The position numbers and the translations under genes are program-made. From Reclinomonas americana ATCC 50394 (taxonomy: Eukaryota), in contig PS015439.1 of assembly GCA_048213135.1 (NCBI GenBank), positions 44,356 to 64,355 on the forward strand: 20,000 nt of DNA. Direction: 5' to 3'. Of this stretch, positions 1 to 16,300 are shown piece after piece (the first letter of the stretch is position 1; every line of letters starts with the position of its first letter). Below the pieces are notes generated by a model, which saw only the letters and a program-made list of their open reading frames with translations, made no database searches and was not told where the DNA came from.

Positions 1-42
1 GTTATTGCTGTGTGCTCACGGTTTGGAGGGCCTGGGGGTTAG

Positions 43-809
43 TGTCGAGGAGCTGGTGGCGTTTGTGTACAATTTGCATTTCCACGCCACCGAAGTCATT
101 ATCAAGGAGCACTTTACAAAGGTGTGTGGTCGCTGAAAGGGCGGCTGGATTGTTTCCGAGATTGCTTACGAAAGTTGTTTGTGTCGCGCAGCTCGGGTGC
201 CGAGTCAAGGAGGTCCGTTTGATGCGCAATCACTACGGCAAGTCGCGCGGTCACGCGTATGTGGAGATGGAGGACAGAGTTGCGTTCTCACCCCTGCAGT
301 GCCCCCTGCTCACGTGTTTTTTTGTGTCTGGCTCACCTCCTATCGACAATGTGTGCAGGAGAGTGTGCAACGCGCCATCGCCACCGACGAGAAGGAGTCG
401 CTGTTGAATCGCCCGCTGCGTGTCGACGTGTCGAGGACAGATGTGCGAGGAAAGCACAAGGATGAGAACAGTGAGCAGGCGGGGGCAGCGGCCGCAGGAG
501 GCGCATCCGGCCGTGGCGATGCACCGTTTACCGTCAAGTTTCGTGTGCATGTGTGTGTGCCCGAGTCAGTTACCTGCTTTGTTTGCGTGCTCATTTCTCA
601 TGTCGGCGTGCAGACATGGCCGTGGCGGTCATTTGGTGCCTCGTGCCGCGCGACTCGCACCCGTCATCCTGCCGAAGCGTGCACGCGTGGATGCCAGCAA
701 CACCGAGAGTGGCAGTGGCACAAGTGACGCACCGGCTGCCAGTGCCGGTGAGACGGTCGACAGCAAGCCGCGCTCCAATGCCGAGTTTGCAAGCTTCTTG
801 AAAAAGTGA
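43..809 (+). CDS. SART3: 3' part of a U4/U6 snRNP recycling factor (Prp24/SART3-like): RRM plus C-terminal LSm-interaction motif; 5' end lies outside the window
   Basis: Exons 43-121, 192-278, 359-537 and 614-809 join through GT-AG introns to give VEELVAFVYNLHFHATEVIIKEHFTKLGCRVKEVRLMRNHYGKSRGHAYVEMEDRESVQRAIATDEKESLLNRPLRVDVSR...KPRSNAEFASFLKK*. RNP2 (AFVYNL) and RNP1 (RGHAYVEM) are present. The terminal SNAEFASFL resembles the SNxxFRxxF LSm-binding tail of Prp24/SART3. Confidence 0.8.
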
Positions 810-919
810 ATGGACTGCATGCAACGAACGCGAGTCAAAAAGGAAGAGTTGCTCGTTTAAATGAGTCCGCACAACGGAGGTGCGAGCAAAAGAAAGTGAG
901 GGGAGAAAATACTAGAAGT

Positions 920-925
920 AATAAA
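920..925 (+). promoter_or_regulatory. Possible polyadenylation signal (AATAAA) for the SART3-like gene
   Basis: AATAAA lies about 110 nt after the TGA at 809, in the 148-nt space between two convergent stop codons. Confidence 0.3.
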
Positions 926-957
926 AATCGTCGAGAGATTACGGGGGGCGATGCAGC

Positions 958-5404
<4,447 letters not shown>

Positions 5405-6148
5405 CTTGTGCAGGTGTGCATGCGTGTGTATGAAGGAAGAGGCAAAGTGTGCCGGGAAGAGATGAATACTAAGAGAGAGAGAGAGCTGGGAGAATGCTTG
5501 CGACGTTTCGAAAACAAGCTGTAAAATGCCAGTGCGTCGCTAACGGTGGTCGGGCTTTGTAGTGGTGCATCTACAGACTATCTTCCACATGCTAAGCATA
5601 AGCGAGATGCATGTCGGGAAAGTCCAGATAATTCGACTTCGCACCGAATTCTGCGTTTTTTCCCGTTTCTTTCCACGTCACCTCACGTAATCAACGCTGC
5701 TGTTAATGCTGCGGCTGGGCTACCGTACAACTGCGCAGACCATGTATGTTATATTACCGTGTCCTGCCGCAAAACCGGACAAAGACCGCTGCCCTGGCAG
5801 AGCGCGCGATCGATATCTCTGCCTCTCTCTCTCTCTCACACACACACACGCATTGTGCGCGTTGTCTTGCAACACATAGGTAAGCATCGCACACACGCAC
5901 ACGCACAGACAATCGCAGACACACACAGAGAGAAACAGACGCGCGTGTCTGGATTTCATTTTTTTTCGCACACACACACAGAGATCAACCCTCTCTCACC
6001 AAGATACAACGCATCTGCACACACGACAATGCACACACCGCGCACGAAAACAGCAGAGATAGATAGACAAAGTAGACGAGGACATGGCCGCGCACATCAC
6101 CACACTCACCACACCACGCAGCAGTCATCAACATACAAGTGAACAAGC

Positions 6149-6411
6149 ATGAGCGGCCCGCCTCCTCCGCGCGTCTCTGGGCTGGCCAGCGCGCGCGGCA
6201 CTGGCGGCAACCTCTCTCGCGCATTCAGTGCCGCCGCGCACGCTGCCTCGAGCTACTCTGCCTCAGCGGCAGCAGGAGGAGCGTCTCCCATGTTGCCTTC
6301 TCAACCGCCGCCGCGACAACGGCCGCTGGTGACGGTGCCGCGATTGGAGATGTCGCGGGTGTATGGATCGGCGGCGGCGGCGCCTAGTGCGGCCGCCTCG
6401 TCGGGTTATGC
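6149..6411 (+). CDS. Probable first exon of a hypothetical gene with an Ala/Ser/Pro-rich N-terminus; remainder lost in or after the gap
   Basis: ATG at 6149 gives MSGPPPPRVSGLASARGTGGNLSRAFSAAAH...PRLEMSRVYGSAAAAPSAAASSGY. The block is GC-rich and coding-like, and ends at GC|gttgcgt (6412), followed by CT/GT-repeat intron-like sequence. Confidence 0.55.
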
Positions 6412-6575
6412 GTTGCGTACTTCTTGGTGGGGCTCGCTTTCTCTGTCTCTGTCTCTGTCTCTGCCTGTGTGTCTGTGTGTGTCACTCTGTATGTGTGATG
6501 ATTGATTGTGGGCATTCGCGATACTGATTGCGGTGCTCTCTGCGATTGACGGACCTCTTTCCCGCCCGTTGATCG

Positions 6576-6617
6576 CTCTCTCTCTCTTTCTCTTTCTCTC
6601 TCTCTCTCTCTCTCTCT
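6576..6617. repeat. (CT)n microsatellite running into gap
   Basis: ctctctct tract. Confidence 0.9.
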
Positions 6618-7394
6618 NNNNNNNNNNNNNNNNNNNNNNNNNNNNNNNNNNNNNNNNNNNNNNNNNNNNNNNNNNNNNNNNNNNNNNNNNNNNNNNNNNN
6701 NNNNNNNNNNNNNNNNNNNNNNNNNNNNNNNNNNNNNNNNNNNNNNNNNNNNNNNNNNNNNNNNNNNNNNNNNNNNNNNNNNNNNNNNNNNNNNNNNNNN
6801 NNNNNNNNNNNNNNNNNNNNNNNNNNNNNNNNNNNNNNNNNNNNNNNNNNNNNNNNNNNNNNNNNNNNNNNNNNNNNNNNNNNNNNNNNNNNNNNNNNNN
6901 NNNNNNNNNNNNNNNNNNNNNNNNNNNNNNNNNNNNNNNNNNNNNNNNNNNNNNNNNNNNNNNNNNNNNNNNNNNNNNNNNNNNNNNNNNNNNNNNNNNN
7001 NNNNNNNNNNNNNNNNNNNNNNNNNNNNNNNNNNNNNNNNNNNNNNNNNNNNNNNNNNNNNNNNNNNNNNNNNNNNNNNNNNNNNNNNNNNNNNNNNNNN
7101 NNNNNNNNNNNNNNNNNNNNNNNNNNNNNNNNNNNNNNNNNNNNNNNNNNNNNNNNNNNNNNNNNNNNNNNNNNNNNNNNNNNNNNNNNNNNNNNNNNNN
7201 NNNNNNNNNNNNNNNNNNNNNNNNNNNNNNNNNNNNNNNNNNNNNNNNNNNNNNNNNNNNNNNNNNNNNNNNNNNNNNNNNNNNNNNNNNNNNNNNNNNN
7301 NNNNNNNNNNNNNNNNNNNNNNNNNNNNNNNNNNNNNNNNNNNNNNNNNNNNNNNNNNNNNNNNNNNNNNNNNNNNNNNNNNNNNNNNNNNNNN
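6618..7394. other. Assembly gap (N run)
   Basis: N bases. Confidence 1.
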
Positions 7395-10300
7395 TTGGCA
7401 ATACCAACTGACCAGCCACAGGGAACTGATGGAAGGAGCCGCCAACGCGCACAAGTCGCAGATTGACCGTGTTGACCTCTGGCCAGTTGCACATCCACAC
7501 CGGATGGTACACGTCATGACGAGTGAGCACCAGGTGCGGGATCGGTTCCACCACGGTAATAGCGCGTTCTGCGAGGCGCACACACCGAGGAAGTCAGTCA
7601 AACACCCTTCAAGAAAAGCACCGGCTCGATTTCTTGCCGTACCGACAAGCACCACCGAGAAAACACCAAAGACACCATCGTCGAGCACGATGGTAAACTC
7701 GACCGTCTCCGAGGCCGCCAGCGACGGAATAATGGCCGTGGATACGAGGTCAACAGGCGGTGACGACGGGACGTTCCACCAAACGCCATTCCTGAATGTG
7801 CCGTCACAAACGGTGGCGCGATCCACACTGACTGCCACCGTAGTGCTCGTGCTATTGGAAGAAGGTCGCTGCTGGAACAGCAGGTCGACATTGGCCGTGA
7901 CCACGGTCGGATTCTCGCACGACCACATCAGCGAGAGCGGTTCCTGACCGTAGTATGCCACTGTATCGATGAAAGCACACATGTTGAGTGCGACATCGCC
8001 ATCAATGCCAATCTACGAAAGTGAGGAACCTGGCATTGCCGACGAGGCCAGACGCGTTGTGCCAAGCATTTGCAGCTGAATGGTTGACATGAACAGCAAG
8101 TTGGCACTGATCGTGGAGAACGGATACCACGTCGACGCGTGCCGCACACACAGCTGCAGCCGACGGGCTACCGATGCAGGCGCGCTGCCGAGGGTGTACG
8201 GCACCTGCGAGATACGAGGTGAATCTAAACGTGCAACACCGAGTTTCAATCCACGAAGAACGCAACCAGCAGTCGACTGCCACCCCCACTGGGCACACCA
8301 ACAGTGCCTACTGCCACACCGGTGGCACACGAGTCGGTGGCGGCCACAATTTGGAAGCGCTCTCGGTCGGCATTCAAGTTGACACCCATCACTGTCAGTG
8401 TGTACCACTCGTTGTCACGGTTGACACGGTGCGACGGTAAATTGTCCACCGACACTGTGAGCAACGGACGTGGTGAGAACACAACACTCCGCAATACTCA
8501 ACTACCGCATGAATCGCCTCACCCAGCTGCAACGCAGTGTTGTCTGCCACTGCGCCCCACTGCACTGCGGGATCGGCGCTGGCCGGTCGCATACATACGT
8601 GGTACGCCTGCGCTGTGGCAGTTACGGGAATCGTGACTTTCACCACCAATGTCGAGGGCACACCGCTCGCATCCAGTGTTGTGGCCACGACGTTGAGCAT
8701 GGAGGGCACCAGCGGGGCAGCCGGACTGCAGTCCACGTTCCACGGAACCACCGCCACATCCGTACCCACCGTCAAGTTGATGCCACTGATGGTGACGCTG
8801 ACGGACGAGAGCGAGAACGTGGCAGGAACGGTTAGCAGGCGAGGAATCGCCACGGGAGTCAGCGCCGTCGGCCGAGCTGCGAACAGTGCAATAGTCAGAC
8901 ATCCTCATCCAGCCTTCGACGTACGGGACAAATACGTGACATACCCAAAGTAATGACATTCAGTCCAGCACCAGCAGCCGCGCCGACTGGTGTCCACGCA
9001 AATGCGGGATTGGCAGCTGCCGAGTTGCGTATGCACAGCTGCAAAGCCGCTGGTGCACCGGGAGATGGAGTTGTCGACGAAGTAACGGCCACCCGCAGCA
9101 CGAGTTGGGTGGACGAACTGGTGGCCGCATCCACTGTGACAGAGCCGACGGGGACTGTCGATGCGCTCGAGCACGACGAATCGGCTGCCACCAAGGCAAA
9201 CGAATCGCGCGAGGCGTTCAGGAACAGACCCGGGACGACGAGTGTCTTTGCCAGGCTGTCAGTGACCATCAGTGTTGGCGATACGGCACCCGTCGACACT
9301 GAGGAAGAGAAAGGGAGAAAAAGTCAACAAACAAGTGATAAAAGGCGGCATGACATGTCAACAATGCAGACCGAGGATCAGCTGCTGGCCAGGTGCAGCA
9401 TCGCCAAACTGCGCACTGGCACTTCCACCCGGTTTAATGCACACCCTGCGCGCACCAAGACAGTGCATGAGTGGATTATGCACATGTACCTATCCTTGCA
9501 CACCACCAGCGCAACTTATACACCCCGGCCGTCAGCGGGAGCGCCAGCGTCAGCGTAGCTGAGGAAGGTGGCGAGGTGACGACCGTGGTAGTGATGGCGG
9601 CAGCCGGACTGCTACCAGCAGGCATGGTGCACGTAGTCGACGGAAGAGCCACCACGTACTGATCGGCGGCGTCGAGGTGTGCGCCAACCAGCTGCACAGA
9701 GAGTGGCGATGTGCCGATAGAAAGAACATTGGGGACAATCGACGAGATCACCACTGCGAGAATGATCGTAAGTTATTTCAGCACGCAAACACGCTCGGGA
9801 GGGGATCGACTTTTTGTCGTACCTGCGGTGACATCGCCGTTGCTCGCCACTGGCGTGAACTCAACAAATGGCGTGCCGACATTGACCTGGATACACATGC
9901 GCAGGAATGTGCCGTTCACCAAGTCGGCTGGTACTGGCACCGTGACCAGCAACTCAAGGGACGTGTCGGTTGGTCCAACAGGATCCACTGCACAGCGCGA
10001 ATGAGCAACGCATCAGCAGAAAACGTGCAAAATGTGGTCACTTCCTCACCAGTGATAGCGCCGACAGTAGCGCCGCTGGCACATGTCGTCGACCGCAGCA
10101 CCAACTTGAACATGTCACGTGCCTTGTTCAAGCCATTGCCTTGAACGGTGATGCGCTTCGCTGATCCGTCAGCAACAACGGCATTGGGAATCAGTGCAGC
10201 CGCGCGCACTGTGCAAGAAATCAACAGGACTGCCAAGACCAACACAAGACTCATATGCTACTACGCACCGATTGACAAGCTGGTCGTACCCACTTGCGTG

Positions 10301-13300
10301 TACGGCGAGACACCGTCCACCGAGAAGCACACGATGTCTGCACTCGATGTGAGACACACACGCACGCCACACCGCACTCGGTAGAAGGTGCACGCAACAG
10401 CTGCCGGTCGGAATGGGACCTGGAGTGACACCCAGCGGCAACGATGCTGCCTGCGAGACCACGGTGGTCGAGGTGAGAGGAATGCCGGAGCCGTTGCAGG
10501 GAGCCGTGCTGGTAGACTGTAGCTGGAAGAACTGGGTGCTTGCCAGGTTTGTGCCGACAACAGTGAAGCCACTCGACAATGTGTCAGTGGCCGCCGTGGC
10601 TGGTAAGAATCCAGTGGCAGCGACTGCGCGCGGCGGCAATGGAAAGCTGCTGTTAGCGCTGCCAGCATACGCGACTCGCACGAGAAGAAGAGAATGAGAA
10701 CGAAACTGGCGGCAATCACAAACGTCTTCTGGAACGAAGCGCCACCGCTGTCGGTGACCCGAATGGTGACTACAAGATTGGAGGCTGTCTGTCCTGCTGC
10801 TGTGATGCGTAGCTCAGGTGGCACGGCCGCGTTGCTGATGTTGAACAGTGCATCGCCCTGGCCAGGCACGATGGAGTACACGAAAGAATCTTGCGAGTTG
10901 GCATCGACTGCTGAGAGTGTACCGAGCACGAAATTGTTGGTCAAGGTAGGTGCCACATAATACTGCTTGCTGAGTCCAATATTTGTGGGAGGCGAGTTAC
11001 CTGCACGCATTGGGTGTAAGGGAAGACGAAAAATAAGGATTGCGAGTCAGAGTCATCAAAGAATGAGAGAGAATAGGAAAGGGGTAGAGGTGACGAGAGA
11101 GGGGAGAGCAACAAGATTGCAAAGCAAGAACAAACGAAAAGACGCAACTTTCGCTGATGGTGAAAACTTCGTCTCGGAACAGGCCGGCGCTGTCGGTGGC
11201 GCGAACAATCACGCTCAAGTTGTTTCCCACCTGACCAGCGTTGCGCACTACCAACGTGGAACCGACGATTGCGAAGAGATTCATATTGGCGCCACCGACC
11301 AGCGAGAACGTTGCAATATCGGTCACGTTGTCGTCAAGCACCGTGAGATTGCCGACGGGTGTGTTGGGAGTGGTAGACGCAGGTGTGTAGGAGTACGACG
11401 ACATCAGAACGGCCCGTGGCGGCACCGGAACTAGTGATGAAGCGGTGAGGAAAAGGAAATGTAACAGCGGTGAGGAAAAAGGGAGATGTAACAGAGGTTG
11501 AAGACCGAGCTACGCACCATCAGTGACGACAAACTCCTTGTCGAGTGATGCCGGGCCGAGAGTATCCGTGACGCGCTGTTTCCATGCAGTCAGTCCATTG
11601 CCATCATGCACGACCACATAATCCCCTCCAAAGAACAACCAACGCACCACAATGACATGCAGGTTGGTGCCAACCTGGCCGGCGTTCACCAGCACCAGAT
11701 TGGCACCGAGAACGTTGAACAGCGTTGAAGACGACCCGCCGACAATGGAAAACACGTGCGCCTCCGGAGGCGAAGAATTGGCATCAACCACAGAGAGTGC
11801 ACCGATGACGGTGTTCGTCGTCACAGTAGCCGGCGTGTACGTGGAGGACGACAGAGAGAGAATGGTGGGTGGCACATTTTCTATGGAGAATAGAATATAC
11901 ACGATGTGAGTTGTTGCCACACCAACATGCACTCACGAGCGAGCGACGCACGTTCGGTAACCGTCAGTGTCGAATCCAGAATGCCACCAGCGCTGTCAGT
12001 GGTACGCACCACCAGCTGCATACCGTAGCCTTTAACACCAGCTGACGAAATGCGGAGCTGATTGCCAAAGACTGCGACACAGGGCCTCATTGGNNNNNNN
12101 NNNNNNNNNNNNNNNNNNNNNNNNNNNNNNNNNNNNNNNNNNNNNNNNNNNNNNNNNNNNNNNNNNNNNNNNNNNNNNNNNNNNNNNNNNNNNNNNNNNN
12201 NNNNNNNNNNNNNNNNNNNNNNNNNNNNNNNNNNNNNNNNNNNNNNNNNNNNNNNNNNNNNNNNNNNNNNNNNNNNNNNNNNNNNNNNNNNNNNNNNNNN
12301 NNNNNNNNNNNNNNNNNNNNNNNNNNNNNNNNNNNNNNNNNNNNNNNNNNNNNNNNNNNNNNNNNNNNNNNNNNNTAATGGCGGTGGGTGGCACGGGCAC
12401 TGCACAAAAAGTAGCTATAGTGAGGGAGTGGGAGAGCAAGGTGGCGACTGCTGGCGAGCACCGACGCAACAGTCGTTGATGACAAAATTGCGGTCGGAGA
12501 AGCCGCCAACCGAGTCCGTCGCTCGAATCTGTGGCGCCACAAAAAATGTCAGTCACAAGGACGCAATGCTGCAACCACACTCTGGCTCTTCTTCGTCAAA
12601 TTACCGTGAGAGTCAAGGCAGTGCCGCGCTGACCAGCCGCCACAAAGGCCAACTGGGGTGGCATCGTGGCCAGCACGGTGAAGAGGGCACCAGAGCCGCC
12701 AGGTCGCACGGTAAATGACACAGTTTGGCCAGTGTTCACATCCACAGCACTGAGAATGCCAATAGGCTGCAGGGCGCTGGTGGTCGGTGGAGTGTAGGTG
12801 TTGTTGCTGAGGGAGATAGACGTCGGCGGCACGTTGGCTGTTGGAAAATGCGTCAGGGAGCAATCATCAACGCAGGAGACAAGCGGAGGGATTTCGCAGA
12901 CCTTCGTTGATTGTGAAGGTGGACGTGATGGAAAGACCGCCCGAGTCGGTGGAACGCACTTGCACCAAAAGGCCATTACCGGAGAGTCCCGTGGTGGCCA
13001 CCAACAGGCGATCGTTGCTGATGCTGAAGGCCAGCTGATTGGCACCGCCGACAATCGAGTACGTAAATGTCTCTCCGGTATTGCTGTCGGTGGTCGTCAG
13101 CTGACCAACAGTGGCACCCACCACGCCCGGCGGCGTGTACAGTTGCGGTGAGAGTGCAAGTGCCGTTGGTGGCACATTGGCTGGCCATGGCGCGAGAAAT
13201 CATGATCAGAAACAACAATCAACAAACACCAGCAGGCGGTGACCACCGACCTTCATTGAACGTCAGCGTCTGCACCGCGCTCCGGCCAGTGTTGTCCGTC

Positions 13301-16300
13301 ACCTGCACACAGCAGTCAGCACAAAAGCAGCGCACTTGGACACGGACAATCCTGCAAACTCACCTGCACAACCACCTGCAGTCCGTTGCCCGTCTGACCC
13401 GCAGAGCGGAGAACCAACTGGTTCCCTTGCACATCAAACAAGGCGGCCGAAGCGCCACCCACGATTGAGAACGTGAACGNNNNNNNNNNNNNNNNNNNNN
13501 NNNNNNNNNNNNNNNNNNNNNNNNNNNNNNNNNNNNNNNNNNNNNNNNNNNNNNNNNNNNNNNNNNNNNNNNNNNNNNNNNNNNNNNNNNNNNNNNNNNN
13601 NNNNNNNNNNNNNNNNNNNNNNNNNNNNNNNNNNNNNNNNNNNNNNNNNNNNNNNNNNNNNNNNNNNNNNNNNNNNNNNNNNNNNNNNNNNNNNNNNNNN
13701 NNNNNNNNNNNNNNNNNNNNNNNNNNNNNNNNNNNNNNNNNNNNNNNNNNNNNNNNNNNNNNNNNNNNNNNNNNNNNNNNNNNNNNNNNNNNNNNNNNNN
13801 NNNNNNNNNNNNNNNNNNNNNNNNNNNNNNNNNNNNNNNNNNNNNNNNNNNNNNNNNNNNNNNNNNNNNNNNNNNNNNNNNNNNNNNNNNNNNNNNNNNN
13901 NNNNNNNNNNNNNNNNNNNNNNNNNNNNNNNNNNNNNNNNNNNCCAGCACTTGCAGGTTGTTCCCCGACTGGCTGGTGTTGACGAGGCGTAGCTGGTTGC
14001 CGGAGATGTAGAACAAACTGGCATCGGCACCGCCAACAATCGAATAGGTGAATGTCGAGGCTGTGTTCGCGTCCACGCCTTGAAGGATGCCAACCACTTG
14101 CCCTGGCGTCGGATCCAGTGGCACATATGATGTGCTGTCCAGCAGGAGGTTGGAAGGCGGCACATTGGCTGCGTGAATCAACCATCACGACATGTCAGCA
14201 CTGGAAACGATCGATATCGAGGAAGCGCATCAACGAGAACAACGCACCCTCGTCCAACACAAATGGCTGATCCACAAAGTTGCCGGTGGAGTCTGTCGAT
14301 CGTACCACCACCTGCAGTCCGTCACCGCGTTGCCCAGCGTTCTTGAACACCAGATTGCCATTGACAACATCAAAGAGGGCAGCGTCGGCGCCGCCAACAA
14401 CCGAGTAGGTGAACGAGTCAGTCGCGTTGGAGTCAGCAGTCGTCAGAACGCCGACCACCGCATTGGTTGAGGCGGTGGGTGGCACGTAGGTACTGGAGGA
14501 GAGCGACACCGACGTAGGTGCCACGGGTACTGCGAGGGAGAGCAATGTGAGTCTCCCAAGGCTGCGTCACATGTCAGTCAATCATCGACATACCATCGTT
14601 GACAGTGAACGGCACATCGAGTGAGGCACCGGCCGTGTCGGTGGCTCGCACAATCACGGACAGATTGGTTCCCGTCTGACCAGCATTACGCAAGCACAGC
14701 TGATTTCCAATGATGGTGAACAGCGCCTGGTTAGCACCGCCAACAATGGAGAACGTCGCCGTGTCCCAGGCATTGAGGTCGGTGGCGCTCAACGTGCCCA
14801 CTGGCTGATTCGCAGCCAACGTGGCCGGCGTGTATGTGTTCGACGAGAGAGAGATGCCGGAAGGAGCAACATTGGCTGCGAACGGGTAACGAAGGTTCTG
14901 TCTGTGTCAGTATCGCGTCACTCTCCGTACAAGGGACACGATCAACTCTAGCACACCATCACCGAGAGACAGCGTTGTATCCACTGTTCCACCACGGCCA
15001 TCATCTGTTCGCACAATCACCTGCAGGTTGCGTCCACTCAAGTTTGGCACAGCGGTGCGGATCTGCGATCCAACAACAGCGAACAAGGCCGCATCGGCGC
15101 CACCGACTCTGCAGACAGACAAGAGCGGGTGAGTGATGTGAACTTGCATCGAAGAAATGTCGTCGAGCACAATGTCGCAACATGGAATAGGTGAATAAGT
15201 CGCAGCAGTTTGCATCAACGCCTGCCAATGTGCCGACAACGGTGCCGGCAGGAGACAGCGGTGCAACGCCGGGAGACGAGATAGTGACACCAGCTGGCGG
15301 CACGTTCACTGCGCAAACACGCACAGCATAAAGATGAGACACACAAGATGTTCTTCTTCATCTCTTGAATGTCACTGACCTTCGGTAATGACAAATGACT
15401 GCGTGGTGGAGAGGCCAGTGGCGTCGGTCACTCGCACAGTGACTGGCACATTGGTACCAGTGGAGCCAGCCGAGAGCCACACCAACTGATTGCCACCGAC
15501 AACACCAAAGATGCCGCCGCCAGTCACCACGCTGAATGTGAATGCGGTGTCGAGCACATTGGGGTCGATGGCGGACAGGGTGCCAATTACTTGATTTGGC
15601 ACCACCGTCGGCGGCACATACGAGGTCGAGCTCAACAGCACGCCGGTCGGTGGCACGGGCACATCCGTGATGACAAACACGTGGTCGACAGAGGCTGATG
15701 CTGAATCCGTAGCTCGCACCGTGACGGAGAGATTCGCGCCAGTGAGTCCCGCCGACGTAATTCGCAGTTGGTCGCCACTAATGTTGAAGAGGGAACCGGA
15801 GCCACCCGGCAGGATCGTGTACGTCACCGTCTGACAGCAGTTGGCGTCGACAGCGGACAGTGTGCCAACCACGGTATTGGCAGCTGCCGAAGGTGGCGCA
15901 TACGTTGCCGGCGACAACGAGATGCTCGACGGTGCCACGTTGACTGCAATAACAACGTGAGCAACGGGTGCGCAAGGATGGCGGGGAGCAGCACATCGCA
16001 CCTTCGTTGAGGAAGAAAGTGGTGTCTTGTGAGCCGCCGTTGCCGTCACTCACGCGAACAGTGATGATGAGGTTCTGCAACAATCCACGTGAGCAAGGGT
16101 CACACACTCTCTTGCAGCCGCGTGAATATATACACACCATGCCGCTCAGCACCAGCGTCTGCACGCGCAGCTCATTACCAGCAACACCACCAATCTGCAC
16201 ATAGCACACAATCAGAGTCGCGCGACACCAACACAGCGAATGACAGACAGAGCGCAACGTAGAACTTGGAGTCATCGTCATTGCCAATGAGAGTGTACGA

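Noticed and set aside
5405-5830. Further upstream exons of the coiled-coil gene
   Set aside because: Candidate donors and acceptors exist, but I could not build a unique phase-consistent model, so they are not annotated.
12072-12093. Apparent +1 frameshift in a cadherin repeat (AAT GAG GCC CTG TGTC GCA versus expected NEALFAV)
   Set aside because: It lies within about 20 nt of a gap edge. It is either a single-base error or the end of an intron (cgcag acceptor in a compatible phase), so it is not evidence of a pseudogene or programmed frameshift.
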